A stretch of 64,000 nt of DNA from Octopus sinensis (taxonomy: Eukaryota): NCBI RefSeq assembly GCF_006345805.1, contig NC_042997.1, forward strand, positions 59,334,001 through 59,398,000. Direction: 5' to 3'. Made by a program: the position numbers and the translations under genes. Of the stretch, positions 12,152-25,774 are shown one piece after another. Within the stretch, counting starts at the first letter, position 1, and each line of letters begins with the position of its first letter. The notes beneath the pieces are model-generated. The model was not told the DNA's origin. It did not search any database and saw only the letters and a program-made list of their open reading frames with translations.

Positions 12152-12490
12152 TATACTCTTTACTCTTTTACTTGTTTCAGTCATTTGACTGAGGCCTTGC
12201 TGGAGCACTGCCTTTTAGTTGAGCAAATCAACTCCAGGACTTAGTCTTTGTAAGCCTAGTACTTATTCTATCGGTCTCTTTTGCCAAACTGCTAAGTTAC
12301 AGGGATGTAAACACACCAGCATTGGTTGTCAAGCAATGTTCGGGGGACAAACATGGACACACAAACATATAGTTATATAAAGGTTCCTTTCAGTTACTGT
12401 CAACCAAACAAATCCATTGAAAAGGCTTTAGTCATCCCAGAACTACAGCAGACACTTGGCCAAGGTACTGTGTAGTGGGAATGAACCTGA
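12150..12490 (-). mobile_element. tRNA-derived SINE family B (others at 13110-13460, 19150-19440, 43800-44195, 54590-54960)
   Basis: Head GTGG.AAGAAGCTTGCT.CC.AACCA, internal (TA/TG)n, tail GCTCCAGCATGGCC...GACTGAAACAAGTAAAAG. Confidence 0.8.
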
Positions 12491-12649
12491 AACTATCATG
12501 TGCGTTTTTTCATTTCCATATATGAAATTTTAAAAGGAATGAAAGAACGGCATCTCTTACTGACTGGCAAAACATGCAAGCCACTATCTCACAAGATGTT
12601 CACTATATTTTTTATTATATATATATATATAAAATTGAATCATACTTAC

Positions 12650-12774
12650 AAATTGCGTGACTTTGGTTTTACGGGACTAGCATCTAAGTCATTGGGCAGG
12701 AACAATGTTCTGGCATCAAAAGAAGATGTCTTTCGGATGGATGTAGATTTGTTTTCACACAGTAATTTCTCTGA
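12650..12774 (-). CDS. RGS3: RGS3-like gene, internal exon (real frame not in ORF track)
   Basis: Acceptor ttgtccttgcag, donor TT|gtaagt; 125 nt, phase 0 to 2; SEKLLCENKSTSIRKTSSFDARTLFLPNDLDASPVKPKSRN(L). The junction gives KSRNLAWNVK versus RGS3 KSKNLAKDMK. Confidence 0.88.
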
Positions 12775-14179
12775 CTGCAAGGACAAAATAATAAGATAAA
12801 AATATATATATTTAAAAAAAATTGCCTACGATAAAATATGGAGATTAATATGTGTGTAGGTGTGTGTGTGAGGATATACATACACTTCACACATGCTTAT
12901 GTACATGTAGTTATTTATGAAAATGTTCTCCATGGAAAAGGTATTTTAGAATACTTATTCAGACAGATGTTTTTCTAAGTAACTACATGCTCTTTGGTGC
13001 AGGTCAAGACACCACAGTTGAGGGTGTTGCAAAATTATAGAAAATACATGCCATAAACATCACACATGTCATCTCATCAAAATTCAGTTACAGAAAAACT
13101 ATATTTTTTTAATCTGTTATTTGTTTCAGTCATCGAACTATATATAGCCATGGTGGGGCACTGCCTCGGAGGGTTTTAGTGTCAAATGAATAGACCCTAG
13201 TTCTCTTTTTTTTTTACCCTGGTATTTATTATCTCAGTTTTTTATAAGGATGCAAAAAAAAAAAAAAAAAACCCCAATACAGGTTGTCAAGTGGGGGTGA
13301 GGGACAAACACAAACATAAAGACACACACACACATTTCTTTCAGTTTCTCTCAACCAAATCCTCGCAATGCTTTAGTTGGCCTGGGACTATAGGAGAAGA
13401 CCTTACATAAGGTGCCATGCAGCGGAACTGAACCCGAACCAAATGGTTAGGAAGTCATAAGTCCATAAATATCACACTTGTCATCTCATCAATATTCAGA
13501 TAAAAATAATTTATCTTTGGGTAAACCTCACCCCCAAATATCATATTAATCATCAATAGAAGATAAATCTTATTTTAGCAGCATATTCCCCTAACAAATA
13601 CTCTTAGTAAGATTTGACTCCTTCCTAGCCAATAATAATAATCCTTTCTATTAAAGGCACAAGGCTTGAAAATTCTGGGCAGGGGACTAATCGATTATAT
13701 TGACAACAGTGTTTCACTGGTACTGAATTTATTGACCCCGAAAGTATGAAAGGCAATCCTTTCTACATTAGGCACAAGGCCTGGGGGAGGAGATTACATC
13801 GACCCCCAGTACTTGATTGGTACTTAATTTATCAACCCTGAAAGGATGAAAGACAGAGTCAACTCACCCCTATGTGGTTGCCATTTATAGGTTAGTGGAT
13901 AAGGCTAGTACAGGTGTCAGGGATAAAAAACTGTTGGCACTAAAGCTTCTGTTCTGGGATCCTAAGATCCTGAATTGTGTGAAGATTGGTTAAAAATACA
14001 GTTGAGAATTCCAAGGATTGTATTCTATATTTCTTAGGAATTTCCCAGCTATAATGTATAATAAACTGTAAAATCCTGTTATAAATGACAAGACTTCTTA
14101 AGGTTGAAGTGCTTGGGTGATTCAACAAGCAGTTGTTTATGCTATTTAAAGATCGTTCTTATAAACATTTTGTCAGTAA

Positions 14180-16010
14180 CTAGTATAATTAAAGTAGATG
14201 AACTTCCTTTGAAAAAAAATCGACCAACAAAATATAACTTGTATGGAAAAACCGAGTGAATAAATAGTATTCAAATTAGTTATTATTAGATTTTCTAGGA
14301 ATGCAATAATTAGAGGTGCTATTATCAGGAAATAACAATTCACATTTAATACAGATAATTCAATGTCAAAGTGATTTGATAAAGAAAAAAAATAACTGTG
14401 ATTGGTGAAATTAGGAACAGAAAGAAAAGCTCTGAAAAATTCAGTATTTCTTTTGTTGAGTATACATAATCTTTGTATCATAGAAACTATCTGAATATAA
14501 ATGTACACCCATCTGATAAATTCTAGAATTTATGAATGATCAGAGTTTATGGAAGTTTAGTTGCTGAAAGATTATAGAACTTTTAAAAACTAAACTTCCA
14601 GAATTCAACCTTGACTTAGAAAAGAGCATACTGACAGTTGTAAATGATGGAGCAAATGTCAGTTAAATTTGTTAAGGATATTGTGAATATTTATTGTGTT
14701 ATGCATATGGACTTCATTTCCTTTTTTGTGATGCTCTTTACAAGGAAATATTGGGACGATGCATAATTATAGCAGCATTTTTTCAACAAAAACAATAATA
14801 ACATGTAACAAAAACATCTTTAAATGATTATTCTGGAGCATATACAACCATCTACTTCAATTACTACTTCTCATTTGCTTGTCAGACAGTCATACCATCA
14901 TTTAAAGATGTGTTTGTTAAATATTGTTACTGTTTTTGTTGAATAAAATTTGTTGAAAAATAAGCTGCAACAATTATGTACCAACCCAATAGTAATGCAT
15001 CTAGTTTAACAAATGACTACTACAATGATGACAAATTTGAAAGAACATTTGAGGATAATTATCAAAATGTAGATTCAGAAATTACAGATGTAGTTAATTA
15101 TATTATAGTTAGTAACTATATAATTATGTAAATTTTCAGCAAATTGAACTTACTGAGATACTCCCTAGTGCAGAAGACTAGACCTACTGAAGAAAATTCA
15201 AACATTGTGATGTCATAAAAACTGAGAACAATTGTCAGTTTATTTTGTAGGCCTCCAATAAAAAAAAAAAAGTATGGTCAAGAATCGCATTTAGTAAATG
15301 ATACCTAGAAATGATGGAATAGTTTATTTACAATGTTAGAATGATTTCCATTTCTTCAAAGCTATACTGCAAAAGTTATGATTGATGTCAAACGATCTCT
15401 TGGTTTTACAGATGATGACTTTAATACTCTACATACTGTTGTATCAGCAGTATGCCCAGTTAAAATTGGAATATAAAAAACTAGGATGAAAGGATTCAAC
15501 GGTATATTTATTTTTATTTTAGGAGAATTGAATCGACAAAATATACAAAAAAAAAAATAAAAATGTGATTGGATTGATGATGTAGCTAAATAGTCCTCTT
15601 TGTTTAATTTTGAATGTACATGGTTCATTTCTAATTTTGCCTTCAGAAACTTCACTACAAAATATCACAAAAAGACTACATGTTAGAAGAAGCCTCTTCT
15701 AATTCTCAATCCAAATCCATGATAATTTAAGCATCAACTCCAACAAAAATGTCTCTTGTGTAGAGATTAAATGTTGCTATTGACAAAGCTGTTGTAAACC
15801 AATAATCCTACAATCCAAAAGACATTGTTAAAGAGCAAGATCTTTGAAATTAATGGACATAGCTCTGTTACTCTTCCTTATCCTTAGTACTATTCATCCA
15901 GATCCCAATGAAGCAAAGATAGCCATTCCTGCAGTTGGGTCTTTTATTACCAAATTACAACCAAGTTCGTGCAACAATATCAGCAATACATACTACTTGA
16001 GAAAATAATT
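14180..16010 (+). pseudogene. Near-complete hAT transposase fossil
   Basis: Ordered decayed motifs KFSISFVEYT, RNYLNINVH, ILTVVNDGANV, AYGLHFLFCDALYK, WNSLFTMLE*F, PVKIG...FIFILGELNRQN, and hATC-like TIHPDPNEAKIAIPAVGSFITKL; many stops and frameshifts. Confidence 0.85.
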
Positions 16011-16080
16011 TTTTTTTTTATATATATAAACTTGGGCAACTGTAATTGGACACACATGCGTGCGCGCACACGCACGCACG

Positions 16081-16129
<49 letters not shown>

Positions 16130-16899
16130 CAACATGCAAGCAATGTTACAAAGTAATGTTGTGAATAAAGTTAAGAGTACACTCAGTACATTATGTAGAG
16201 TAAACATTTTATAGTTGAAGTTACTGTTTCTCCAAGTACTTCAAGTTTCATCCTGGAACAAATAACAATGTGTGTGTGTGTGTGTGTGGTTGTGTGTGTA
16301 TACATACATACACAACATGTATCTAGAAATGAAGAATAAAGCATTTCTTTTTCCATTATAATAAGTAAATAGATCTTTACATGTTAGCTCTGTGTAAATG
16401 ACTCCAATTAATCAAACAGTGAAATGAGAAATTCATCGTACAAGATAAGATCGGTGCTTGTTTTCCCCTACACCACACACACACACTGATGCATAATTTA
16501 TCTGATACAGACCTTGAGATTTGAACTTGCAGTTCTAAATCCTGAGACAGCTCATACAATTTCATTGAATTAACAAACTTTCCATACTAAGCTATTACTC
16601 TCTAGTTAGTCATCAATTGAGATATGAAATTTGTTGTGATGACCTGATAAGCTTTATACTTCAACTGCTGACAAAATAACTCTTCAAGAGTCACCAAAAT
16701 TGTAGGTATGTGTGTATGTATTATAGTTGTAGAGCTTGTCAATGAATCTGTTTTGTTTCCAAATATTGACAAAGAAAGTACATTTCAAAATTTCAAGTAC
16801 AATATAAATAAGTGCCAGTATCAAACTTGAGATAAGTGGTGTAAAAATAAAAGAAAATCCTGACTAGAATATTAAATTTATGGCATTGTTTTTTGTTTT

Positions 16900-17750
16900 C
16901 CTAAGTATTCATTCAATAGCAAAATTTTTTCTAAGCCTGTTTATAATCCCCGTGATCAACCTACTCAATGGCAACAACTTTCTGGGAGATAATACCCAAC
17001 CATCAAGTCGTCAATGGGAGTGTTTCAACAATTGGTTAAGTGATAATACAATGTCTTTCAAGTACTACAATACTTATGTTTACTATCAACAATTTCACAG
17101 ACTCAATAAGAGCATCTCTTGTGATGTTTCAATAAAGTAGGAAAGATGGTTTAGTAGTGAGAATGACACAATACTTTAGACAATAGCAGAGAAATATGCT
17201 GGTTTGCAAACAGTCAAATTAGGACCAGAGTCTGAACAAATATGGAAAAAAGACTACTATTCAGGAAATCATACAGATCAAAGAAATATTAAACTAAAGC
17301 TGATACTCAAAGAGGTAATTATTTAGGAATACTTATTTCATTTGGAGTAGTATGGGGTGTCAGAAGGACTGGGAAGTTGATTTCAAATTGTATTTGAAGG
17401 TGAATCAAAGTATATAATATACACTATGGAATTTAGCATACTGAGCAACTATCTGTAGATAGTATACATCTTATCACTAAATCATATGTGATTTGAATTT
17501 AAAGAATAAACAATAAAATTTTTTTATGAAAAGGCTTATGGGAAAGCACAGAGGTTGAGAGAGTCAATATTTTAAAGTCAATCTGCCAAATTGATTATCT
17601 ACTTCAAAGTTATACCTCTAGTTCTGGTATAAAAGATAATTATATGGCATAATAGCATATTGTTGTTAGAGTATATCAGTGAAAAGACAGATAACTTAAA
17701 TTTCATGAGCAGCTGGGGAATTAGTAATACTTGTCAAAAGTTTTAAAATA
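16900..17750 (+). mobile_element. Highly decayed CR1/L2-like LINE reverse transcriptase fragment
   Basis: VVNGSVS...LMFTINNFTDSIRASLVMF...VSSENDTIL...YLGILIS across shifting frames. Confidence 0.5.
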
Positions 17751-19452
17751 CCATAATTCAAGATGGTGATACTAGTGAGAGGGAGAAAAAAAAACCCTCA
17801 TACATTTAATATATGTGACTATGAAAGATAAATATGTATGTATGCACACACACACACACACAACAGGCTTCTTCTAGTTTCTATTTACCAAATTTCTCAA
17901 GGATTTGGTTGACCCAAGGCAGAATACAGTTGCTCAAGGTGCCACACAATAGGACTGAAACCGGAACCATGTGGTTAGGAAAGAAACTTCTAGCTGCACA
18001 GCTATGCCTGCAGTAAAATTTTTGGAATTTTGAACTCCATAGCAAATAAACAGATGGTTGACATTGTGTTGTCCATACCAGGGATATTCTCTCATTAAAC
18101 ATCCTCCTATTTGTGATGTAGTTTACTTGCTCTGCTTGGACCAGAGTATAGAGATATTCTCCCTAAATATACACACTGAGTCAGGTATAAGGAGCAAGCA
18201 ACAGCACAAAAAGAGGGACTAAAACAACCAAGTGAAGGCATTAGTAATATATCAGTGTACAATAAGAATTTCTCATCTCAGAAATTCAGAGAAAATTTGT
18301 AGAAAGATGTATTCAGAAACTTTGAGTCCTTACATCCTGTTTCGTTTAAGGGGAAAAGTTAAATTATACCACTCAATGAGACACTAGTCTGTTATTGATA
18401 ATAACACTCCCGAAAGATCTGGAATATGTTCTTAACAGGTCAAATAATTTGAAGTACATAAAGTTAGGTAACAAAAGTATCAGCTATGGATTTGAACTAA
18501 AAATTCAATAGTTGGCTGTCCAATAATTTATTTTCTTAGTCATTTTACTTCTACTAAATCAAGATCAGTTAACCTCAGGTTGGTTATTTGACCTGCTAGA
18601 AATAAGAGCCAACCCTCCTTCAAACACACTATATTGTCTTTGATAAAGGAAGAGCATTTTAAATAATAAACTTTCTGGCACACAGGAAAAATAGGATGGT
18701 CATGGCTAGAATACCTTTGACCATAAGCTTGTATGATCAATGATAACTTGGACTAAACATCAATATTAACATCACTTGCCTAGTTAGGACACAAACATGC
18801 TTGTATGGAAAATTCATAAGTTCATAAAGAAATTTCATTTTAACTCCCAATGCTGAAAAAAAAAAAAAAAAGCTAGTGGGCCCAACAAATCAATGATACA
18901 TTATCCTTTGGCAGGACTCATAATGTGGTGTCTTGTATAAAGTGATCTGATTCAACCACACTACTTTATGAATAATCCAACCTCAAGCTATTATATGTTA
19001 CACAATATCCTAAAGACAAGATATCTTACTTCCTCCCATATGTTCAAAAAGCGAAATAAAGTTAGTAGTGATGAAAAGGAGAGAGCTGAAATTCAGCCCT
19101 TCGTCAGAGAATATCTTTTTATTTTTATACACACACACACACACACACACATATCTATATATACTAGCAGAGATACCTTGTCAAGCCAGTAAGTTATGGG
19201 GATGTAAATAAACCAACAGCAGTTGTCAAGTAGTGATGAGGGAGAAACACAGACACACACTTACATATATATACATATACAATTGATTTCTTTCAGTTTC
19301 TGTCTACGAAATCCACTCGCAAGGCTTTGGTTGGCCTGAGGCTATAGCATAAGACACATACCAAGTTACCACACAGTGGGACTGAACCCAGGATCATGTG
19401 CTTTGGAACCAAGTTTTTTTACCACACAGCCACACCTGCACCTACATATATA

Positions 19453-19508
<56 letters not shown>

Positions 19509-19689
19509 CATATATATATGTATGTATAAATATATGTATGCATGTATGTGTATATATATGTGTACATATTACATATATATATGTATAATATACATCTATA
19601 ATATGTATGTATGGATGAATGTGAGATAATAGTTTCACATTAATAGTTTCAATATTAATAGTTAAACAATTAAAGTGAAAGTACCTGAC

Positions 19690-19931
19690 ATTACAATAGA
19701 GAGATATTCTTGTTTCACTTTTGACACGAAATACTGAAATAGTAGAAGAGATAAGAGATTGCTCTGGGCTTGCATTAGGCAAGAAGTTGAAAATGTTTTG
19801 GCCCATTTCACTACATGGATCCTAAGTAAGGCATGTGTAAAATTTGAATGAAATTGGTTGTGTAGTTTTCGAGTTTTAGGGATTCACATAGACAGACACA
19901 CAGATACATGCTCATCTTTGTATATGTAGAT
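19690..19931 (+). mobile_element. Old Helentron/HINE-like 3' fragment
   Basis: Ends ...AAATTTGAATGAAATTGGTTG...GACAGACACAC...TATATGTAGAT, the same style of end as 55725-56239. Confidence 0.45.
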
Positions 19932-22900
19932 GACAAAGATGCCTATTATTTTCAGTATGTGCATAACTACTTATGTCAGACACAAATAGTGATTATATAT
20001 ATATGGACAGGAACAAAAATACTAAAAACAAAATCAAAATAAGAGCTTGAAAAAAATAATGAAGTAATGTTTTTTAATAATGGCTTATATAGCAGGATAA
20101 ATTTGGAAGTGCAGCAGTAATTGATAAACAAGACATATTTTGAAGGAGAAGGTCAACAGAATAGATAGATTGATAGATAGCTAGAAGAATAAATTAACAA
20201 ATGTGGGTCATTCTTTATTGAAGCAGTTATATACATTAGATGTAAAATTCAGAACACAGAACTCATTGATTCGCTGCTGTAGATACTTCAGCACATAGAC
20301 AACATGGAACTCATCTACATCTATATATACATTTCTAGTTAGTTAGTGTTTTCTGCATATGTTTGTGCATCAGGAATTAGTTCTCCTTCATTGTTCTTGA
20401 CCAACTGTGTTTTCCTAGTGTCTGTAGACAGCTTTAAGGTCCTCTCAAAAAAGCTCAGCATCTTGTGGCCTGTGATCTAATTACCTTCTCCTTTCATCTA
20501 TTTAAGTGCCTTTCCTAATTTTTTGTATGTCAATGATCTGCTTACATACAAGGCATCATGGCCAGCTAGTTGTATTCTTTGTCCCACATGTGTGTGAGCA
20601 TGTATGCACACTAGCCTCTTTACTACAAGCATACAACCTTTGTACAATGCAGTTCAGCATGTATTTATTTCCCAGCATTTTAGTAAAGCAGTTCAGATTT
20701 AAATGCAGTAAAATTTCGTAAGCAAAATTTTGCATGCATTTTGTTCTATTAAGTCATCCAACCTGCTAGAAATAACAGTGAATTCTCACTTAAATCACAC
20801 CCTACTATCTGTAAAAATGACACACTAGATAATATAGTTTCCCCAGGTTATCAAGAAGTATCTGAAGCCAAATAACGACAATGACTTATGAAATAAGTTG
20901 CTGTTAGTTAAGCGAATATAGTATCAGCCTAATGGATGTCTTCTCATTGTCCCATTGCATTAAATCCATGCTTTAAGTACTTAACTCTCATTTGTTCAGT
21001 TTCCCTAAACATATATGAATTTCAAATTTTGGCACAAGGTCAGCAATTTCTGGAAGGGGACAAGTTGATTACATTGATCCCAGTGCATGACTGGTACTTA
21101 TTTTGACTACAAAAGGATGAAAAGCAAAGCTAACTTTGATGGAATTTGAACTGAGAACGTGAAGACAGACAAAATGCCACTAAACATTTTGTCCATCATG
21201 CTAACAATTCTGCCAGTTTGCCACCTTAAATGTAGTATATATTGATAACTGCATCTTACCCCTAGAAAGTGCTACCTCATGGCCAAAAAAAAAAAAAAAA
21301 GAAAAAAAAAAGACAAATTAACTTACACAATAATGACCTTATTGTAGTAAGAAATAGAAAGAAGATGGTTTAATGATTTACTAAGGACTAATGTTGAGAA
21401 ACCTCAGGTACAAAGGTAAGATGGATACAGATTACAGTACATAATTATGTATCCACCATCATTTTTCTTTCTTCAAATATAAAAAAATAAACATGGATAC
21501 CAACAGTATAATTTCAAACAAGAAATTCTGTTAAATCTCCTACATGGGAAAAAAAAATCTGATTAAAGAAATGAAATTAAACAAGGAGTCTCTCCAGGTC
21601 AAGTTCTTTATATTGAAAAGTCATAGCTCCAGGATTGCAGGCATGTCACAAGAAAGAATCACAAGATAGATTCTTCAAACCAAGCCAACCAGCAGGAAAC
21701 CTAAGGTAGACCAAGAATGAAATGGTTGGATAATAGCCATGATCTGTTAGTGTAAAGCTTAGGAATCTAGCTGGAAAATGTAATGATGGTTGCTTCTGAT
21801 AGGAGGTACCTGGAGGAGGTACTTGAGGACTCTGCTCTGACAGTACTCCCAGGAATAGTAGGCGAAGAAGATTGGATGGAAGGACAAAAACTAAATGCCA
21901 CAAGTGACTTCTTGCATTAGGATAAACAGCCAATAAAGGAGTCTCAATGTGATTGCTCAACTTGTTAGAGATAGGAACCAAATTTTCTTTAAAATAATAC
22001 TTCAGTGACTCTCACAAGATTAAATTGGATGATATAGTTTTAGATACATGATGCTTGAATAAAAGAAGGGCTAGTTAGTGTGGAATGCTTTTGATCATAG
22101 GTCTGCAGAAAACTGCATGGCACCTTGGGCAAGTCCCTTCTACTATAGTCCCAGGCTGACTAAGGCCTTGTGAATTTATTTCATAGAGACTGAAAGAAGC
22201 CTATCATGTGTGTGTGTTAATGTCTCCTTGCCTTGATATCATGTGATAGTTGTAAATAGATGTCACTGTCATGCAATGCAAATGGTGTCCTTTATTTCCA
22301 CTATCCTGTAAAAACATGTCTGGCTATGAGGAAATATTACCTAACTTGGAAAAGGTGAAGGCTGACAACAAAAAGGGCATCTGGCTGTAGAAATTCTGCC
22401 TCAGCAAAATTCTGTCTGAACCATGCAAACATGGAGTGAACATTGAAATGATGATGAATCTTTTACACTTAACCGTTTCACATTTAAACTGGCCATACCC
22501 AGATGGAATAGTTAAGTGTTTTATGTTCAAAATGGCCAGATCTGGTTTCCTATATCTACCATATAATGTCATTCTAAGATAAATAATCCCATCATTGAAA
22601 TCTAAAGATAATGCATGATTAATTCAAAACAATACAAATGAATAAATGTTACATTTGACAGAGTAATCTAAATGTTAAAGGGTTAATAATGATAATTCTT
22701 TGAAACAACTCCATCATTATGGAGGAATATTATACATTGAATCAATAGCTAGGATATTACCAGGATTGTCCAATTGCTTATGAACCCTTGAGGATTACTC
22801 TTACAATTTTCATTGTACAATGCAAACTCCCAAAAGATTCACACAAATTGCATCATTACCAGACCACAGGGAGAGCAGTGAAACATTTTAACCTTTCATT

Positions 22901-23269
22901 GTAGACAATACTGTTAAGACATTAATCAGAGGTGGTGCCCCAGCATGGCCGCGGCCTTCAGGCTAAAAACTTTTTTAAGGATTTAAGATCAAGTTATTTA
23001 CCGAATAAGTACAATTCTGAAATACTGTCACTGTATTGTGTCTCTTATTTTTGTATGGGAATTCCGAGTTAACAAGTTAAGAACCTGTATAAAGGGGATG
23101 AGGGAGGCATGAGATTAAGTACTCCAGCCTATAAAACATTGCAATAGAAACAGAAATCTCAGTAGCAACTACAGAAATAAAAGGTCTTTGCTTGACAGGG
23201 GAGAAACAACAGTAGGAGGACACATGAAGGAACCTGGTGAAAACTTTTGAGAAATCAGGTCAAAGATAA

Positions 23270-23900
23270 ATCTCCTGTTGATAAAAGCAACAGAAATTGT
23301 AAAAGGGTAAGCAAGGTATCCCAATTAATGAAAGAGAAGAGAAAATCTGTAATTTAAGTGTTAGGAACCTGTAAGAGTTGCTAGAATGAAAGTGGAGTGA
23401 TAAAACTGGTTTGTAGTGAACGTAAAAAGTAGGACAGCATGGAAGGTGTGGTTATTATGATGATACCAGGGTAGCAAAAGCATTTTTCAAATGGAAACTC
23501 ATATTGTGAGTGCAAGATTCAATACAGAAAGTTGATAGCAGTTATCCAGGTCTATGCTCCTACAAATAACATGGACCAAAAGGAGAAAGAATTTTGACAA
23601 ATGCTGTCATCAAGAGAGTGAAAAGAGAAAGGTTATTAAGTAATTTGAGTATGAAATTAGGAAGTGACAAGAAAGGAAAAGAATTTTACACAAGCTGGAG
23701 TGCTTTTAATGATATATCTATAAAAAGTAGCACATTTCCCCATAACAAAATCTACTAAGTGATATGGATGCCACTGGACATGAAAACAGAACACCAAATA
23801 GTCCACATTATCATCTTCAGAAAAAAGAGCACAACTTGATTAATACCTGATGAAAGGAGTGGTATGGCATTAGATTGTTATTTAATGCTAAGAAGGCAGG
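23270..23900 (+). mobile_element. RTE LINE endonuclease fragment
   Basis: IAVIQVYAPTNNMDQKEKEF and STFPHNKIY*VIW...EHQIVHIII motifs. Confidence 0.75.
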
Positions 23901-24339
23901 ATCACTACTGCACCAGACAAATTACTTAGTGGCATTTCTTCCAACTTTACGTTCTGAGTTCAAACACTGCTGAGGTTGACCTTGCTTTACATCTTTTCAA
24001 GATCAATAAAAGAAATACCAGTTGAGCACTGAGGTCGATATGATTAACTTCCTCCACATTCAAATTTGCTGGCCTTGCGCCAAAATAAAATATTATTTAG
24101 TGCTAAGTCAAAATAAACAGAAGAGTCTTTGAAGATATGAGCAATAAACTGCACTATAAACACAACAGTCAGAAGATGAAAGAAAACAACATAAAAGTAT
24201 GTTATCAGAGAACTTCAGAAAAATTTATAAAAGCAATTGATGGGAAAAATAAATCTACAGTTAGATATTTCTGGAAAAAAATTCAACATTATGGATACAG
24301 TAAATAATATTAGTTACATCATGGGTTGAAGAGAAACCC

Positions 24340-25083
24340 TGAGCTGTAAAAATCATGTGGCCAAACTGTATCTGTGATTTGGCAGGTTTTTCTACCAGCA
24401 GAAACTCTACATCAAGCTTAGGAGATATTGTGGCACTGTCAGCTGATGCAGGGTTGAAAAAGCTGTAGAAACTAATATGGTTGAGTTGCTAGGGTCCCAA
24501 AGAGAAACTTTGTCTAATGAACAGCTGATGATACTAGAAGAGTAAGCTTCAGTCAGAAGAAGGCATTCGACCATTACACTTCAGTTGAGTACATAGGATA
24601 TGACTAAAGGGTTGTGCATTATTATAGAGGTTTGCAAGTCTTTAGTGAGAACGAATCTAATCGTGAAAGTGACATAAAAATTACAAGGTATTTACAACAA
24701 GCTTAGCTGATGATGATGACCGGCAGAGAGGAAGAGATTATCCCGTTTTCTTCCAGTGACTCCCATTGTCCCACCATCACTTATTACACAGAAATCAACA
24801 CCATTTGTGGTGAGTGTCCACTGTACTACGGAATTACTATATGTTTATCTATTCCCCTGATGCATATCTCTTCAAATGTTTGTGTATACATATTGTACTG
24901 CGAGTGTTAAAAAGAATATTTTCATGTCGAAAAAGTGGTTGTACTGTGTTTTCCCTCTCCAAAAAATTCTTCGGAATGATTCTTAATTTATAACATGGAA
25001 ATCGATGGAAAATAGGTTTCGCGTCAAATAGGCTACTGCAAAATTTGCAGGAACGCAGAAATCCATTATGCAAGGGATGTCTG
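24340..25083 (+). mobile_element. Tigger/pogo 3' half
   Basis: WPNCICDLAGF...GDIVALSADAG...VELLGSQRETLSNEQL (TIGD-like C-terminus); terminus ...GCAAGGGATGTCTG followed by TA. Confidence 0.65.
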
Positions 25084-25419
25084 TAGGTGATAGTGGAATG
25101 ATGAACACACACACACTGAATGTGAAATAAGGACGTGTTTACACAAACGTACATACACTTGGCATGCATACAAACAGTAAAAACAAGCCAACACTTGCTT
25201 AAGCTGCTTGAAATAGCAGCCGAAAACTCCCTCAGATCATATTCTTCTGCTTTAAAAAAGAAAGAGAAATTGGATAATAGAAAGTTAGAAGAATTAAACC
25301 TGGAAAAAGGGAGATATGATCATACCAAGAATAATTTTGATAAGATATTTACTTGGTGAGGGTTAACTAGGAACTAAACGATAAGCACTTCTGAAGGGTA
25401 CGTGGTCGAGCGAGTGTGT

Positions 25420-25600
25420 GTGTGTGTGTTCCCAGGTCAACTCTGATCGAGCAGAACTATAATCAAATGCATTCAAACCGTGACCACTACGTATTTTAAG
25501 AAGTATGTTTAGGACTCTATTGTCCAATGTGTCCTTTAAACGGGGAGGGTATGATTTGTAGGAGATTTAGCTGCTACTTTTAATAGGTCGAGCGAACAGG
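25420..25600 (+). mobile_element. SINE-like family D (copies also at 9260, 18590, 20750, 25200, 38310, 45640, 59470, 59960, 61000)
   Basis: Recurrent GGTGTGATTTG..GGAGATTTGGCTGCTATTTCTAGCAGGTCGAGCG tail in both orientations. Confidence 0.7.
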
Positions 25601-25734
25601 TGTGGTGTAATGGTTGTGTGCTTGACACACACAGGAAGAAAAAAATCTAAAAAAACAAATGCAGAAAAAAGTAGAAGCTCAGTTTCTTTTTATATTATTG
25701 ATAAATAGAAGATGGTGGAACGAATTTTGTTTAC

Positions 25735-25774
<40 letters not shown>

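Noticed and set aside
15362-15655. 97-aa minus-strand ORF as a possible RGS exon
   Set aside because: Antisense of the hAT fossil.
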